A stretch of DNA of 64,000 nucleotides from Antedon mediterranea (Eukaryota > Animalia > Echinodermata). The position numbers and the translations under genes are program-made. Every line of letters starts with the position of its first letter. The first letter of the stretch is position 1. The stretch spans positions 3,860,422-3,924,421 of the forward strand of contig NC_092678.1 in NCBI RefSeq assembly GCF_964355755.1, in the 5' to 3' direction. Positions 13,488-29,044 of the stretch are shown piece by piece. The notes under the pieces are model-generated. The model was given only the letters and a program-made list of their open reading frames with translations. It did no database searches and was not told where the DNA came from.

Positions 13488-13703
13488 TCAGAAAACTTTC
13501 CAACACTAGCCCTTCATCAGTGCATATATATATATATATATGCACTGATGAAGGGCTAGTGTTGCCCGAAAGCTCTGCTAACTTTTCTGGCTGTTTACTT
13601 TATCGTTTTGATTTAGCTTTTCGCTTTTTATTTTTGTATCTCCATTGAGATCCAGCCACTGATACCCACAGCATTGTCATTTTTTTCAGTAATTTGCCTT
13701 TGG

Positions 13704-13706
<3 letters not shown>
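13488..13706 (+). mobile_element. Penelope-like element terminal (pLTR) remnant with inverted partial duplication, embedded in (TA)n
   Basis: Hammerhead core on + strand, inverted partial copy at 13488-13524, (TA)8 spacer, T-rich tail ending at a (TA)n tract at 13707-13741. Confidence 0.65.
13542..13578 (+). ncRNA. Minimal type I hammerhead ribozyme motif
   Basis: GCA-CUGAUGA-A-GGGC(UAGUGUU)GCCC-GAAA-GC-UC^-UGC: intact core, 4-bp stem II, palindromic AGCU stem III, stem I GCA/UGC. Confidence 0.75.

Positions 13707-13741
<35 letters not shown>
13707..13741. repeat. (TA)n microsatellite
   Basis: Pure TA run. Confidence 0.95.
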
Positions 13742-13743
<2 letters not shown>

Positions 13744-15297
13744 AACTAGAATTTTCAAGTAGTTTGCTACATCTATACCAATATATGTATTTTTACGAGT
13801 ATGCAATTACGTATACTGAGGATTTGTTTGTTTTGCGTAATATGTTACAAGTGTTCAAAAACTTCGTCATCAAATTAGCCTGTACATTACTCATACAAAA
13901 AATGATCTAATCTCAAAATAGCAAAGTATTCATAGTAGAAACGTAGTGTAATGACGGCAATGGTGTTGATCTATTTTGTCTAGCAATTGTCGCATTAAAG
14001 ACTTGATAGCTTTCTACATTATAAAAGATATTTTTAGAAAAGTCTTGTGACGTAAATTTAGCAAACAAAAGTATAATAAAGTAGATAACAATTAAGTTTA
14101 ATTCTGGCAATTTCTGCAAACGCACCTTAAAATAACTTTACATTATCGATATAGTAATCACACAGATAAAGTTTAAGATAACATTTCTAGCAAGCATGGG
14201 TTTAAAGTGATAATCTTGTTTTTTTTAAACCACTGTTGCACAGAATAATCCAATATAGATCACATAGTCCATTACACTTTTGCAAATTGGTTTGTGGTGT
14301 CTGTCATCTTTGCGATCACATCACATTTTTATTCAATAGCAAACTTGTACAGAATCTTAGTTAGAAAATGAATAAGTTTTGAAATTTTCAACTAGTCATT
14401 ACAAACAAATCTACTAGCAATTTGCTTGTTTGCCATGTTGAATTTGATTCCTGATCATTGTCACAAAAATAACAAGAACTCATTCATTCATTCATTAAAA
14501 AAGCATAAAATTAAAATCTAAGAAATTTAAGATAATTATGATGGCAAAGAAGCATATCTCAGGAGAGATCAAGCTTAAAATAAAAGGACGAATTAATTTT
14601 TGTTAATATTTAAAAACAAAAGTAAATTATTTCTTTCTATTAATTCTTACTTTGGAAACAAAAAACAAAGGGTGTTTAAAATGTTCTGCATGATTATATA
14701 TGTAATATCGCTGCAGTAACTCATTCCTTTTACTGCAGTAACTGAATGTCATAATACAACATTCATGAAAAACAGCTGCATTTATAATATTATACATACA
14801 TCATTGTCATCATTAATATAAGTTCTGTAGTAGATTAGCTTTAACACAAGACCAAAATTGTACATTTAATTTCACAGCTCTTATGTCAAAAAGTTACTAG
14901 AAACTACATAAAATTGCGAAAAAATGAAACAAATAATTGAATTTATACTTCAACGTGTGAATGTAAAAGCATTTATAGTTTAAAATGTTCAGGTTGACAG
15001 ATTCTATGACCATCAAGCCACTGTCATTAATTGATTTTTCAAACATTTTTTAAATTCACATGAGACAATACATCTTTAAAATGTCAAGATGGATTTGACA
15101 GAAAATCCAACAATAGTCATCAGGTAATTGAAAAATAATTTGTGAATGTTAAATATAACAATTTTCATCAAGCGTATCAACCACTTTAATTGAGAAGACT
15201 TGATTTCAATACATGACAAACAATTGTGGCACACTTGGTTGTTCACAAATCATAGGTTCGAATCCTTCTCTCGGCAACAATAACCTCATTCAAGACT

Positions 15298-15991
<694 letters not shown>

Positions 15992-16021
15992 ACATATATA
16001 CATATATATACATATATATAC

Positions 16022-16067
<46 letters not shown>
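15992..16067. repeat. (TA)n/CATATA microsatellite
   Basis: TA tract with interspersed CA. Confidence 0.95.
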
Positions 16068-16070
<3 letters not shown>

Positions 16071-19000
16071 ACCTATTGTAATTGTGAATTGGATATGCTT
16101 ATAGTTAGTAGTTTTTAAGTTGTTTTCTAATTGTAATTGTTTTAATTGCATCATTGGTTCGTCATTTGGAAGAGCAGTGTTACTGTTATAACCGAGAAGG
16201 CTAACCTAGATGTGGGTTGTTTGGTGTTTGGTAGCCCTTTACTTATCTAGATATCAGGAAATACACATCAACATTTATATCCACCTGATATCAGGACTAC
16301 TCATGGTGGACACCATCTTCAGAGTTAAAACAAAACTGTCCATATTTTAAGCCCTATCCAAGAAGACAAGGAAAGCCTTGAACCTGTGCCGATTTTATAA
16401 TAATTAACACTTTACAATAGTCACATGTTGTCTGAGATTCTAGCACATTCACCTTGTATCTCGTTAATGCATCAGCGTGAAAGCCATTTCATCAAGTAAA
16501 TGAGCAAGCGTAAATCATTATAAAGTAGCAACGAGCAAATATAAACCGTCTCAAGTGGACAGAGAATCTCGCATATTTAATAGATAAATTAGAATGAGAG
16601 TGCTCGACCACCTGAGACCCTTAAAGCATCATAATCTAGTTTCTGCATGAGGCATGTGTTTTGCTTAAATTAAAATTGCCCATTCCTGCTAGATAATTTG
16701 ATATGGACTATATGAAAATCGAAATAAAAAAGTCTACCACCTGATATTCAAATATAACCAAATTAGTTGATTTACATATGTTTATGCTAATATATACAGT
16801 ACTATCTGTAAAGTAAAGCTGTGAAATCATTTGCATGTAATTGAGAATTAATTGCAATTGATGAAGCTATAATGAAGATTCTACAAACAAAACCTTATAT
16901 TCTAATATTCACAGTATTCATTATTAATGTTAATTGATCCTTAATCTATTCATTCACAACTATTAATTGTTCTCATAATCGATTGTCCGGCAGTAATATA
17001 TCCATTGTGTTTTACTACTGACCATGAAATGACCATAGCTTTTTGACCAAACAACTTTTTTCCTTCAAAGGTTGAAAATGCTGAAAACAGTATATAGTAT
17101 AGTAATGTTGGGAATATGGAGCAATAATCTATGATTCGCACTAAATTCAGGGTACATTAATATTTGGATGGAGCACACTGGTGTTGGGAATAAAAGGCAT
17201 TTGTGTTAGCAAAAGAGCTCAATAATGTTAGAAATAGAGTGCCGCCTTAATATTGGAGATGTTGTGAAGCGCACGTTTTGAAAGTTGCGCTGATACAATT
17301 AGAGCTTCCTGCCAATTTAATTAACCAATTGTTTATTTTACGCACTGTACAAACGTAGAATTTACAGATAGGGTTAACTAATGTAAATCGAACATAGGTT
17401 GTGTGTACTTGGATGGTGTTAAAAGCTTTTTAGGTTATGTTTTGACCTAATTTACAACATGCATGCAGTTTTACCATTTTCTAGAAAGGCATTCACATCT
17501 ATGATGATTGTATTATATAAAACATTGATCTGAATACAAATTTTGCTTCTGAATAGTCAATAATGTAAATTTGATATCGTGATAATTAATTGGATTCAGA
17601 TTTCTAATTTCGAAAATCATAATAGAATTGGAGATGACATAAGTTGGTGGTGAGATTAGTATGTAATTATTAAATCAGAAAATCGCGTACTGAAGGCGTT
17701 CAATTTTTTAGTGAGCCAAGTGTTACTCGTGCCAGTTGGCTCAGCCGATAGCTCTATTGTGCGCCGGGCTTTAACCCACAAATAAGCCAATGTATGATTG
17801 GATATAACAGCAGTTGGTGAATGATATTAACCCTCAAACAAAATAATCAGAAAGCATTGAACTTAAACTGGCACTCAATATTACATAAAAATTCTCAAGT
17901 ATGTAGAAATAAAATTAGATAATATTGCATTTCAAAGCCTTTAGTACACAAAATATTAATGAGAATTTAATGTCATGTAATTACATCTAAATGACATTTA
18001 CTTTGATAACAAATTTGTATAGAACTACAAATTAAAACTAGCAATTTTAAAACTGTGAATTAAACTGAAATTGCATTCCATTTATTTTTATTAGAAATCA
18101 TAAATAAAATATAGTATTCAATAGGTCAAGGTTAGGATATAAATTGGAAAATGAAAAAAGATATATGTAGCTTGAATTGATAAATATAAATTAGTGACTA
18201 ACAAACTGGCCTCCAAAATTAGTTCCTAAAAAAACAAGAACTGGTGCAGTGTCCCAATATTTCAATCAATTCACATTGTGGATTCAGTTTTGTGGGTTTT
18301 TGTCGCGCCGGGGCTTTAGCCAGCTAAAACCCCACAGGACATAATCAACAAGAAACTGTATCAAAGCGAAAGCTATATATCTAAGGCTGACAGTTTTAAT
18401 ATTTTGTAAACTCGACTAATTGATAGGTCCAAACTGCTGAAGACTGCGCAAGACTGTATTTACATAAAATGTTAACTACTGATTGTTAAACAAAAATAAT
18501 TAACATTATATCTGAAAAAAAAAACACTGATTAAAAAGTCGAGTGGTGTATATTTCTTGTTTAGTTAGGAATTTATGGTGTGTATTATTCAAATTAGTAT
18601 ACCTTTTGATATTTTTCAGAACGTAATGTGGGATTTAGTGAAGTGGAGGAAAGAAGAATTCCAATTCAATTGATAAAATTTTAGAAACTTGTCAAAACAA
18701 CAAAATAATATACTATACTTTATAATGACTACAGTACGCAAGGCATCCTATTTTCAACAAACAAGTCTCAGGATTTCATTTTTAGAATATTCTCTCCACA
18801 TGCATGACAGGATAAAGACGATAATTTTAATATAAAAATTTCTATTTCTTACGAGCAATAAAAAATCTTATAAATAACCTATATTATATTTCTGAAATAT
18901 CATTTGGCAAAATGCAGTTAGTAATCTCAAACAAACTAATGGCACATAAATCAAATATATTTTACAGTACAAGATATTACAGTAATCAATAGAAATTGAG

Positions 19001-22000
19001 GTTAATTTAATTAAAGAAATTGCCTTATAAGATCTAATTAACTGATAGGGTGAAAATGAAATTTTAGACTTAACCAAATATGGAAATAATCAATTATAAG
19101 CATAAGTACAGCAGGTGACAAATACAATAACTATAGTTAAGAATTACTAAATAGAAATGGTATGCCTAATTATTCAAAACACACAATGACTTAACACTAT
19201 ATTGATTTGATTTTTCAAGAAACTAAACCCATTTATTCAATTTCAACCAATTCTATAAAAGAAATAGCTTACTAACTTATCTTTCAATGACTATTTGAAT
19301 TTCATTTCATTTATTTTGTCTCCATAAAAATACAATATAAAAAAACGTGGACAAACAAGAAGAAAACATCACACAAAACAAGGCAAAGACAGGATTCCTA
19401 AAAAGCGAACATCTTATTTAGGTGAATATACATATACTTGGGGGAAAATGGGAAATGTTTTAATCATTGCAGAGACAACGCAATTTCTATTGGTTATGAT
19501 TTTAATTTCACAAGACACACAGTCAATGCTAGGAAAATGCTGAAGAGGCCAGGCCAATGCTAAAGACACTTGGTCTATAAGACAACATCAATGCTTTAAA
19601 CTTACAAAATGAAAATGAATTCTAGCCAAAAGGCTTCCTTATATAGAATATTATTATTTTCATATCAATAGAGTTATATCCTAGCAACAAGATACGTATG
19701 TTTATCATGAAGAAGATCAAAAACCATTATTCTAATGTTCAATAACCAATCTAAAACGAGAATTTTCAAAACCACAATTGTTTCGGTCAAGAGGTTCTCA
19801 AATTCTCAAATTAAGACATCAACTCATCATTAGGTACAGTAATAATGTATTTCACCATGGACAACATTGAATAATACATGCATCCTTAATCAGATAATTT
19901 TTCAGGCTTAAGAATGCACAGGACCCAAGCAACGAACAAATCATGGAGATCCAAGCATGTAGACGATAATGGGGAAGTATAATACAATTTTAGATCTTGC
20001 ATTAATTTTAACATTTACCTTTTTATCAGTTGATCTGCAAGGATTCAGGACCACAACAAACAAAATCCAATTTTAATACTTATATTTTGGATATCTGTCA
20101 ACTTGTAATACAGTAGTACAACAGATACAGTTACAATCCCTTTTCCATTTAGGTAGAAATACCATATCCCATACTGAAGTATCAAACACATACTCACTGT
20201 ACCTGAATCATCAGATACAAATCAATGCACACAGTTACTAGCGTTTAAGAGTAATGCAGTGTGTAATATTTCTAAAAACTGACATTTAAGTATGATGTTT
20301 AATTTAAGTACACTGAACATTGATACAAATCTGGTTGCGATAACATTTCTGACAAAAAATTATTTTTAGTAAAAGATTTTCGATAATTTCTTAAAATCAA
20401 TCATCATTAACGTACTTCTCCGTCCTAAAAGAGGTTCTAATTGGGAAAGTTTATAACAGATACAAGGAACAATTAATATTTAAGTTCATTTGAAAATGGA
20501 TTCAAAATGTTTTGAAATAAAAATGTTTTACTCTTTTTTTTAGAACTAATATTTGTAATAAACCGTTTTTGATTAGAGATTGTATACTGTATTTTCTTAA
20601 CTTTGAGAATCCATGAAGATACATCTTTGGTTGGATTGAACACCATATTAAATATGTTTTAAAGCTATGTTAGATGCATTCTATTTAGCACACACATGAG
20701 ACTTTACAGTCACACATATCATTAGCCAGTGTAGACAAAACTATGAATGAAAATGGAATGAATCTTGTTAAGAACTCTTCAATTTCTATTGCTAGCTTGC
20801 ATACTACTTAGTAGACCGTCTACATTCATTTGCCACTGTATACCTCAAATTTTTCATATTTGTATTAATGAAGTGTGACTATAACAGAGCCATATACAAT
20901 TCCTAGAGACATAAAGCATACTTTTTCTAAGAAAAAGAGTGAAATTTGAATTAACATATGCTCACAAATGTGTGAAGCACATACAGTACAGCTACAACAG
21001 AATAAAACCTATACTTATTTACAATTTCACACTATTTGTCGTTGACTGAAGTGTGCTTAAAACGCCATAGACTTGATTACAAAAGGCAAGAGTTAATGAA
21101 TTCAATGCAAATTCAATTTTTGGATGAACCTAAATTAGCATATGAAATTGTGCTACATTCTAAGATGCTAAAGCCAATTTAACCCATACTTATTTGCAAC
21201 CTCATTTTTTTTACTCATCCTTGTAAATTCTAGCACCATATATAGTCAATGAATTCTATGAAAATTACTTTTAAGAAAAATGAGCAAAGTGACATTTCAA
21301 ATATAGAAATGAAGGTGTGAAATCATCTCCAATTACTATTGACATATGACACTACATATTACCTATAGTGCAGTATCTATGACACTTGTGATTAGCAATT
21401 AATATTTTAGCTAAAATAACAATACCTTTGAGGAAATTAGTAAATAATTCCTGTTGTAGAAACTAAATTAGCAATTGCATATTAACCTAGTAATTTAGTG
21501 CACAAATTTTGTTTTAATTTAAACATTTGGGAGGACAAAGATAGATAGTTATTTTAATTATAATTTATTGGAAACTTCACTTTTACAACAGTGGCACACT
21601 TTGATGATAAAGGTGCGTCCAAGTAAAAACATACAAAAATAAAATTATTAAGTTTTTTAAAAAATGAATAAAAATAAATGTAAACATAATAGAACGTAGT
21701 GTGAAATACAAAACATAAATAAATAAAAATAAATAAATAAAACAAACTTAAAAAGAATAAAAAAAATAAAAATGTTTAGATACACACAAAATAATAAAAT
21801 TATAATAAAATAATAGTTATTGCTAAACTCCTTCCAATTTGTGTGGATTAACTGAATATTATGCTTTATCATAGACGATGATGATAAATTAGACTTCATC
21901 AATCTTTCAAACCTTCGTCTATCTTCCTTTAGTATTTCTGTTAAATTTATGATGATGATAAATTAATTATAAATATTTATATTATTTATCAACTATCATA

Positions 22001-22760
22001 ATTATCAACCTACGGTAGAAAGAGAAGGTAGGTAACCTGTTAAATGAATGTGACTTGTTATAGATTATGAATAAATGAATACATGAAATTAAACAAAGTT
22101 ATTGAGAAAGGTATCTATGGATCAAGGTATTCTAGTAGATTCATTTGAAGGTTTTGAAAGAAGAGATGGGTAATTTTTAGTAAAGCACTAAAAATGCGAA
22201 TTTACTATAGATGATGAAGACATAAATTAATAAAATAACAATTATAAATTTATTAACTTAATGCATCTTTGGTGCAGGCTAATGGGACGTACTGTACGCA
22301 AGCATCGTTGTCTAGAAGAATGACATTATAAGCTTAAGATTTCCCAAGTGAGTGCAAGATTCCGGTCAAATAATCATCTATTGAATTCACGGCATTCATT
22401 TGAATAATCCGTTCATTCACGAGTACCATAGATATTCTAAATTTAACTATAGATTACATAGAAGCAATTACTTAATAAGATTATGCAAATTACGAATTAA
22501 ATCTGTCATTGATTATGGTTTTAAATTTATGAAATGAAAAATGTTCTACATACTAATGTGCATTCAATACCTAATAGGATATTCAGAATATTAAATCTGT
22601 ATTTTTTCTCCAACAAAGCAGTATTTGAAATTAATATAGTCTATTGGATATCCGAGAAAAAAAGCTAAAGTTACAGCATGTATGGAAGTAGTTCCAGTAG
22701 TAAAGTAATTGAGATAAAAGGAAGGAATGTCTTGGTTTCTTGGTTACTATGTATGCTTTT

Positions 22761-22830
22761 CAGGCCCGTATCCAGGGGGGGTGCGTTGGGTGCAGACGCA
22801 CCCCCCCAAGTCCCAAAAGGTCCACTATTT
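22761..22830 (+). mobile_element. Probable hAT-like MITE 5' terminus (partial)
   Basis: caggcccgtatccagggggggtgcgttgggtgcagacgcacccccc: a GC-rich CAGG start with an internal hairpin typical of such MITE ends. No matching 3' end identified. Confidence 0.45.
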
Positions 22831-25800
22831 CCTCGGTTGGTATTTTTTCTTGTCTTGTTTAACTAAAGACAATATCATTATATATATACAAAATTTACAT
22901 TATCAATGGTATACAAACAAAAATATGCTAATATAAAATGAAAAAATACCGGTAATTAAATTACGGAATCTGAACTGACTACAAACTCGATGTAAAACAT
23001 GCGCAGTCGATCATGTGACGACAAGCAATAGCTTAGCGCTTCATGTACGCGGTACGCGGTAAAGTGTTTGCTGGAGAATACAGACAACTTAACCGGCGGT
23101 AAAGATGTGTCTGGAAATACAGACACTATCGAATACGGCGCTTTACTTTACCTGAATAAACCAACATTAGCCCATATCTCTAGAGTGAGAAAAGGGCTAA
23201 GGTTTATCCAGGTAAGTTGGCACAAATTGAAAAGAGTATTACAATTTATAAACTCTTTTTCATGCAATACATTGTCAGCTACATTTCATTCCAAAATTTG
23301 CATAAATATTTCTATTTGTATTCTGTCTTGGCACAGCATGATTGATAGTATTGCGTAAAAGAGAGTTCATTAAAAGCCATGTTAGTAAGAATATACCAAC
23401 ATACTTATTTAATAGGCAGCTACTGTATGCTTATGAAATATTTATATGGCTACTACATATAGATTTATTGATGATGTAATGTCTTGAATACATCTCAAAC
23501 TTACACAAACCTTACATGGCTTCTTCCAAAGCAAAGTTTCATATTACATGCGACATCAAATTATTAACAAGCAATAAAAAATACATTTTTCACAAATTAA
23601 TTTCTTTGGTTTCATTTGTAGTGATGGTAAAAATGATTATCTTTCAGAAACAAAGTGTAAAACAGCATACACATTTTTCACCAAAGAATTCAATACTAAA
23701 AAATTAATTATGATTCTATGAATCCTTTTTAGAAAGTGTATTGAGAAAATAATTCTTGTATTTTATTCTGTTGAAACTTACTTACCAAATCCATCATAGC
23801 GCTATTTAATCATACCTCAATGTTACTAATAAGCTAACTCTATACAAGTATTGTGCATTCTGATGCATTTTTATTCATTGATTCAGAATAACAGAAAATT
23901 GAAAATGGACAAATTGCAATACATCGAATGGAAAAATTACAAAATATGGAAACTGTGTTGAGTGTTACTGTTTAAAAATATACTAAAAATATTTAATCTG
24001 AATGAAAAATATAATTCACCAATAAAGAAAAAGTGTGTTAATACATTCAAAATTATGTGATTGGTAATGGCGCCTGAGAGTTTATTATGTAAACATATAT
24101 TTTTACTCACTTCAATAAAGTATTGTTCTGGAGTTAATATAATCTGCAAGATAGTTTATGACTAGTCTTTAAAGTGTAAAATCCATGGGTTTAAGAGCAT
24201 ACTTAAAGGGTAACTACAGTCTTACATGAACTAATGACTAAAGGTAGGTCACGCAATCAGATGTGCTAAACTTGCGTATTTAAGTTTACCTACAGAGAAA
24301 TATGGAGCAGTGATTTAGCTATAGGAAATAAAGTGGTGCGGTTGTCGCAGGAAAAGGGAACAAGCTCTGTTCAAGCCACTGGGTTGTCAAAGACCTCTGT
24401 GAAAAGTGTGTCAGGTTGAAACCTTACAAGCTGTACTGGTGGATATGGCCCTGTGGAGTGATTATATATTGGACTACCATGTGAGAGGCATGGGTTTGAG
24501 ACTTTCCCCGTCATAGGCAGGATATTTTACATACTGCATTGAATTAGTGTTGAAGTAAGACTCGGAGTAAGGCATCACTCCTTGTTCATGCTTATCATGG
24601 TATGCTTATCATGGTATGCTTGTATGGGTCCATGAGGGCCTAATCCAAATTTTCTCAATTAATAGTTAAACTGGGATGATTAGTAATACATTTACAGAAA
24701 TTAAAGCATAACATTGCTCAGTATTCACTTTATAGGACACTGGAACTTGAGATATTAGCATAAACTTGTTTTGTGAGAATCATGGGAAAAGATAGTATGG
24801 AAAAGAACTCAAGGACATAACATTTATGTATATCTATGAATGATTGTGCTAAAAGACAATATGAGAATGAACTTTAAAATAGTAAATTTGAATAAATGTT
24901 AAATAATATATATATTTTGTTTTTATATTTATTTATATAATAAATAACATTTTATCTAAGTAATTTCAAATAAGAATTGTAATTATACCATCATAAAATT
25001 ATTCAATAGTCAATTCATATTTTTCATATAAATTTGGAATTTGATATACCCCTGTAATGGTGAATACTGTTTAGCTTTAATTTCAGCATTTTAACAGGTT
25101 TGTGTGTGCTTCATTGGTGAATAGTCTCTCTAGAGAGTTATTGCGATCTGGGTAATAGAATTGCACGGTAGCTTCACACTCGGTAATCAGTTCCGCAAAT
25201 CAGTTCCAGGTCGTTTACGTTATATGCCCGGGGTATGTACTTCCATGCACAAGGGGTTGAACGAGGTCAATGTTTTTAAAGTTTAATGTTGTTATGTCAT
25301 AAACTGAGTAAAATTTGCATAAAGTGAATTACAGCAAGTAATAAAAATAAATCTGTTTTATTTGTGACTTTGAGATTGGATACGGATATGTATCAGTTCA
25401 ATGCTTTAAACATTTAGAAATATCACAGTTATCAACATTTGGTAATCATTAGATTTTTTTTTTTTGATTTTTTTTTATTCATAGGAATCACCTTTATATC
25501 GGTGGCACACATTATCATTAGATGTAGAGACATTATTATTAGATGTAGAGACTGTATTCTCTACATCACAATCTGGTTGTAAAAAGATTCTCATGAATTC
25601 AATAATTAGGTGGTGTTTGTCCAAGTACTATTTTATCAGAATATAATTTATATTGCTTATGTAAACAATAAGCATTCAATATCTCATTAAGATATTCTTC
25701 CAATGTACTTGCCTTTTAGCCGACAACAATGTGACGTGAACCGTCTCGGGTTTGTAAATAAAACACAGAAAATCAATAGTCTTGGTTCACTGCTTCTGAG

Positions 25801-26819
25801 ACAAGAAATTGTACTCACATACAAAAGAACGTTTGACACTTGGAAACAACTAATATGGTAGACACGCATATCATTAATAAAACATATTACATTGTATTAT
25901 ACTCTAACTATTGATTCTGTTGAATTCAAATTAATTTACTGGGAACAGGAATCATGAAAATTAATTTAATAGTGTTTAGCTTCTGTGACAAAAAAAGGTA
26001 AACATCATTCTAATTTCAATTATGGTAGCATTGCTACTAGCTAGTTAGTTCTTATAATTGCAATTGTTAGTGTTTCTATTAATATTACAACATCAATGTT
26101 TAAGTATGTTTATGAATAAGTGGGGTCTTTACCAATGCAATTCTGAATGTTTACCTTTTCATAGAAAAAATAGAAAAGCTTCAATAGAATCTAGTTTGTA
26201 CAAATTTATCACAGTCAACATTTTTATCCAATTTCTGCATTTCTGAAGAATTCACAACACGTAAATTATTACAGTAAGTACAGAAATTAATATACATAGC
26301 CATTGATTAAATTTCTCATTAAATATACATCAAATTCTAAGTAGTAAATTCCCAAACAAATTCATCTATTTTCATAATTTATAAAGCCAACCTATGAATA
26401 TTAAACACATAATAATAATTGTACACATTACACTGGACACATTTAATACAGGAGTATTAAACGAGAAAGCCATTGAAATCCAGAACAATCTTGGGATTCA
26501 AGAGCAAAATTATATGTACGACGAGACTTAAGACGCCTAATCGTATGAATTCAAAGAAGAGCTTAAGTCTATACTAAAGATGCTTAAATCAATTGCCATG
26601 TATAATTTATTTCTAAGTTATCAATTTACTAAACACAAGAATTATTGAATGAAAAGTATACATTAATTATGTCCTATACATACACGATGCCTTGAGAATA
26701 GTATCTTAATTTTAAAGTGGTAGGAAGTTTAAGAGAGAAATGTGGCAGGAAAAATGCAAGACAGAATAGAAGAGAGCTACATATAGAATGGAAAGATACA
26801 ACACCTATAATAGCAAGAA

Positions 26820-27215
26820 GAACAACAGAAGATGGCAATATAAAGGATAGACAAACTAGACAATGGTAAGATAAAATGCTAATGGACAGATTTTTATGCT
26901 AGAAAATGGCAACATAGAACACTAGAACATACTGGCAAGAGAAAACTCTAGAAAATTACCAGATGAGAAAAGGGCAACATAGAACTTTAGAAATTGGCAA
27001 AACAGCAGAAGATAGCAATGCAAAACTCTAGAAAAAGACAAAACTCTGGAAGATGGTAAGCCAAAACTTTGAGAAACTGACAAAACTCTGGAAGATGGCA
27101 ACCAAAACTATAGAAACTGACAAAACTCTTGAAGATGGCAACCAAAACTATAGAAAATGACAAAACTTTGGAAGATGGTAAGCCAAAGCTCTGAGAAGCT
27201 GACACAACTCTAGAA
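26820..27215. repeat. Degenerate ~40-bp minisatellite
   Basis: Units like gacaaaactctggaagatggcaaccaaaactatagaaact recur at 40-bp spacing (27079, 27119, 27159) and decay leftwards. Confidence 0.8.
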
Positions 27216-28373
27216 GTTTCCTCAATCTATTAAGGGCTTTCATTCATCTACTGTCATAGAAGGGAAAACTTTCTGTACTAAAGTGATAAACTTGGCTACA
27301 AATTGCAGTTCAATTCATTCATAAACAGATTAATGTTCTACTATATATGCAAACACATTAACGTTTGCAATGGATTACATTACTGATTTAGATATTATTT
27401 ATTTAAATACAACTATATAAAATGTAACATATATAACTTGTCAATCTAGCACTACATTTTGTAATCATTTTAGTAGACACAGTGTCTGGAATCCATTACA
27501 AAAGCATTACATACTTACTCCTATTTATGAAAAATATAATAGTAAAAATTCAATTCCAAAATCTATTAGTATTCCGGAGCAAGTTAAAAGACAAGCTTCT
27601 GGTACTTTAATGTTATTAGCAAGATAATAATATTCACCATTTATTCATTGTTATTAACTCATTAAGATATAGGAGTAACATGGATTAAAGAAATGACACA
27701 ACAGCACTATAAAAGAAATTTGTAAAAAAAATAGAAATACAAAATTGAAACAATAGAAACATGTGGTTGACATTTTAAGTTTTGAATGGAAAGAAGGGTG
27801 AAATTTTGTTTTTAAATTTGCAATAACAACTTAAGGGAAACCTAGCACACTTATTAATGGTAAAATAAAGATTTCTTCTTCCCATTGACATACCATTTAA
27901 ATACATGTTAACAATTAAAGTTGGTGGAACTGCATTACAAGTAAAATGATATGAATATCCAAATTGGCTCTTAGATGGTTTGAATAATTACAAGTAAATG
28001 AAAACATCTGTAATCTGGCAAAAATATCGTTTTTGTACCTGCCAGTAATGTCGAAATATTATAATTTATAAAGTCATCTACGTGCTGAGCACAATGAAGG
28101 AGAAAACTGCCTGCGTTTGTGTTTTAAATAGGAAATTTAATTGAGCATTTGAAATGCTTCAGAACGTCATGTTTCACTTTTTTTACCTAGGAATACTGAA
28201 TGCTGTAAATTAAAATTGAAACAGAGTTTCATTTTAAATCTAAAGGCAAATTACAGGGAAAAAACAATGCTGTGGGTCAAACAGGAAATGACAACTGAGC
28301 GATGAAAACAAATTTAAAAGGGAACTGTCAGAAACTATGCAAAGTTTTTTGAAAAAAAAATAACATTCAATTC

Positions 28374-29044
28374 AACTAGAAAGTCACTCCGAGAGTGCAT
28401 ACCTCCGCCTACTGTAAAATTCTCCTACATAAGATTTCTCTGGTAAAAAAAAAAATATATATTTGTGTGTGTCTTAATGCTGTTTGTGATTTAGGCTAAT
28501 TTCATTACAAGCATGTGTATGCGAGTTTGGTGTAATGGTTATGTAACAAGCCTTTCAATTAACAATAGCTTCAGTTGACTAACAATAGAACAGCAACGCA
28601 AAAATCAAACGAGTGAATTTGAAAAGAAATAGGTTTTTTAAACTACTCGCATCAAAAAACGTGCAAATTAAATCAAATTATGTTTTAAAATTACAAATCA
28701 CAAATTATAACTCTTGCCTCTTGTTAAAAAATGTTTTTTGGACAAGTAGTTCTCAAGAAAATGCAATTTCAGTTTACTTGTTACTTTAAGACTGCTCGCC
28801 GGCTTTTGAAAAATTCTGTCCTATCTTTTAACACTAGCAGGTCTGAAAAAGTATACTAAAAAGTGGTCCAGAATTGGGACTGTGGTCCCAAATTTTAATG
28901 GAATGGTCCTTGACCACATATCTATCTGTCTGTTCATTTTGGTAAAGATCTTGTAATTACTTTTTGAGTAATCCTGCTAACAAACAAACAAACAAACAAA
29001 CAAACACACGCTACCGATTACATATACCTCCTTGGCGGAGGTAA
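28374..29044 (+). mobile_element. Helentron-associated/DINE-1-like (HINE, Tsp/Pearl-type) non-autonomous element
   Basis: 5' aactagaaagtcactc...ATACCTCCGCC sub-terminal motif; internal (AAAC)n at ~28978-29005; 3' stem-loop ACCTCC-ttggc-GGAGGT whose GGCGGAGGTA is the inverse of the 5' motif. Confidence 0.65.

Noticed and set aside
19538-19580. ctgaagaggcc... hammerhead-like start
   Set aside because: GAAA core and stems I/II are not intact; too degenerate to call.
24440-24640. Degenerate tRNA-SINE-like fragments (also ~325-365, ~4165-4210, ~15230-15275, ~52600-52700)
   Set aside because: Only partial B-box-like matches; boundaries and family cannot be supported by eye.
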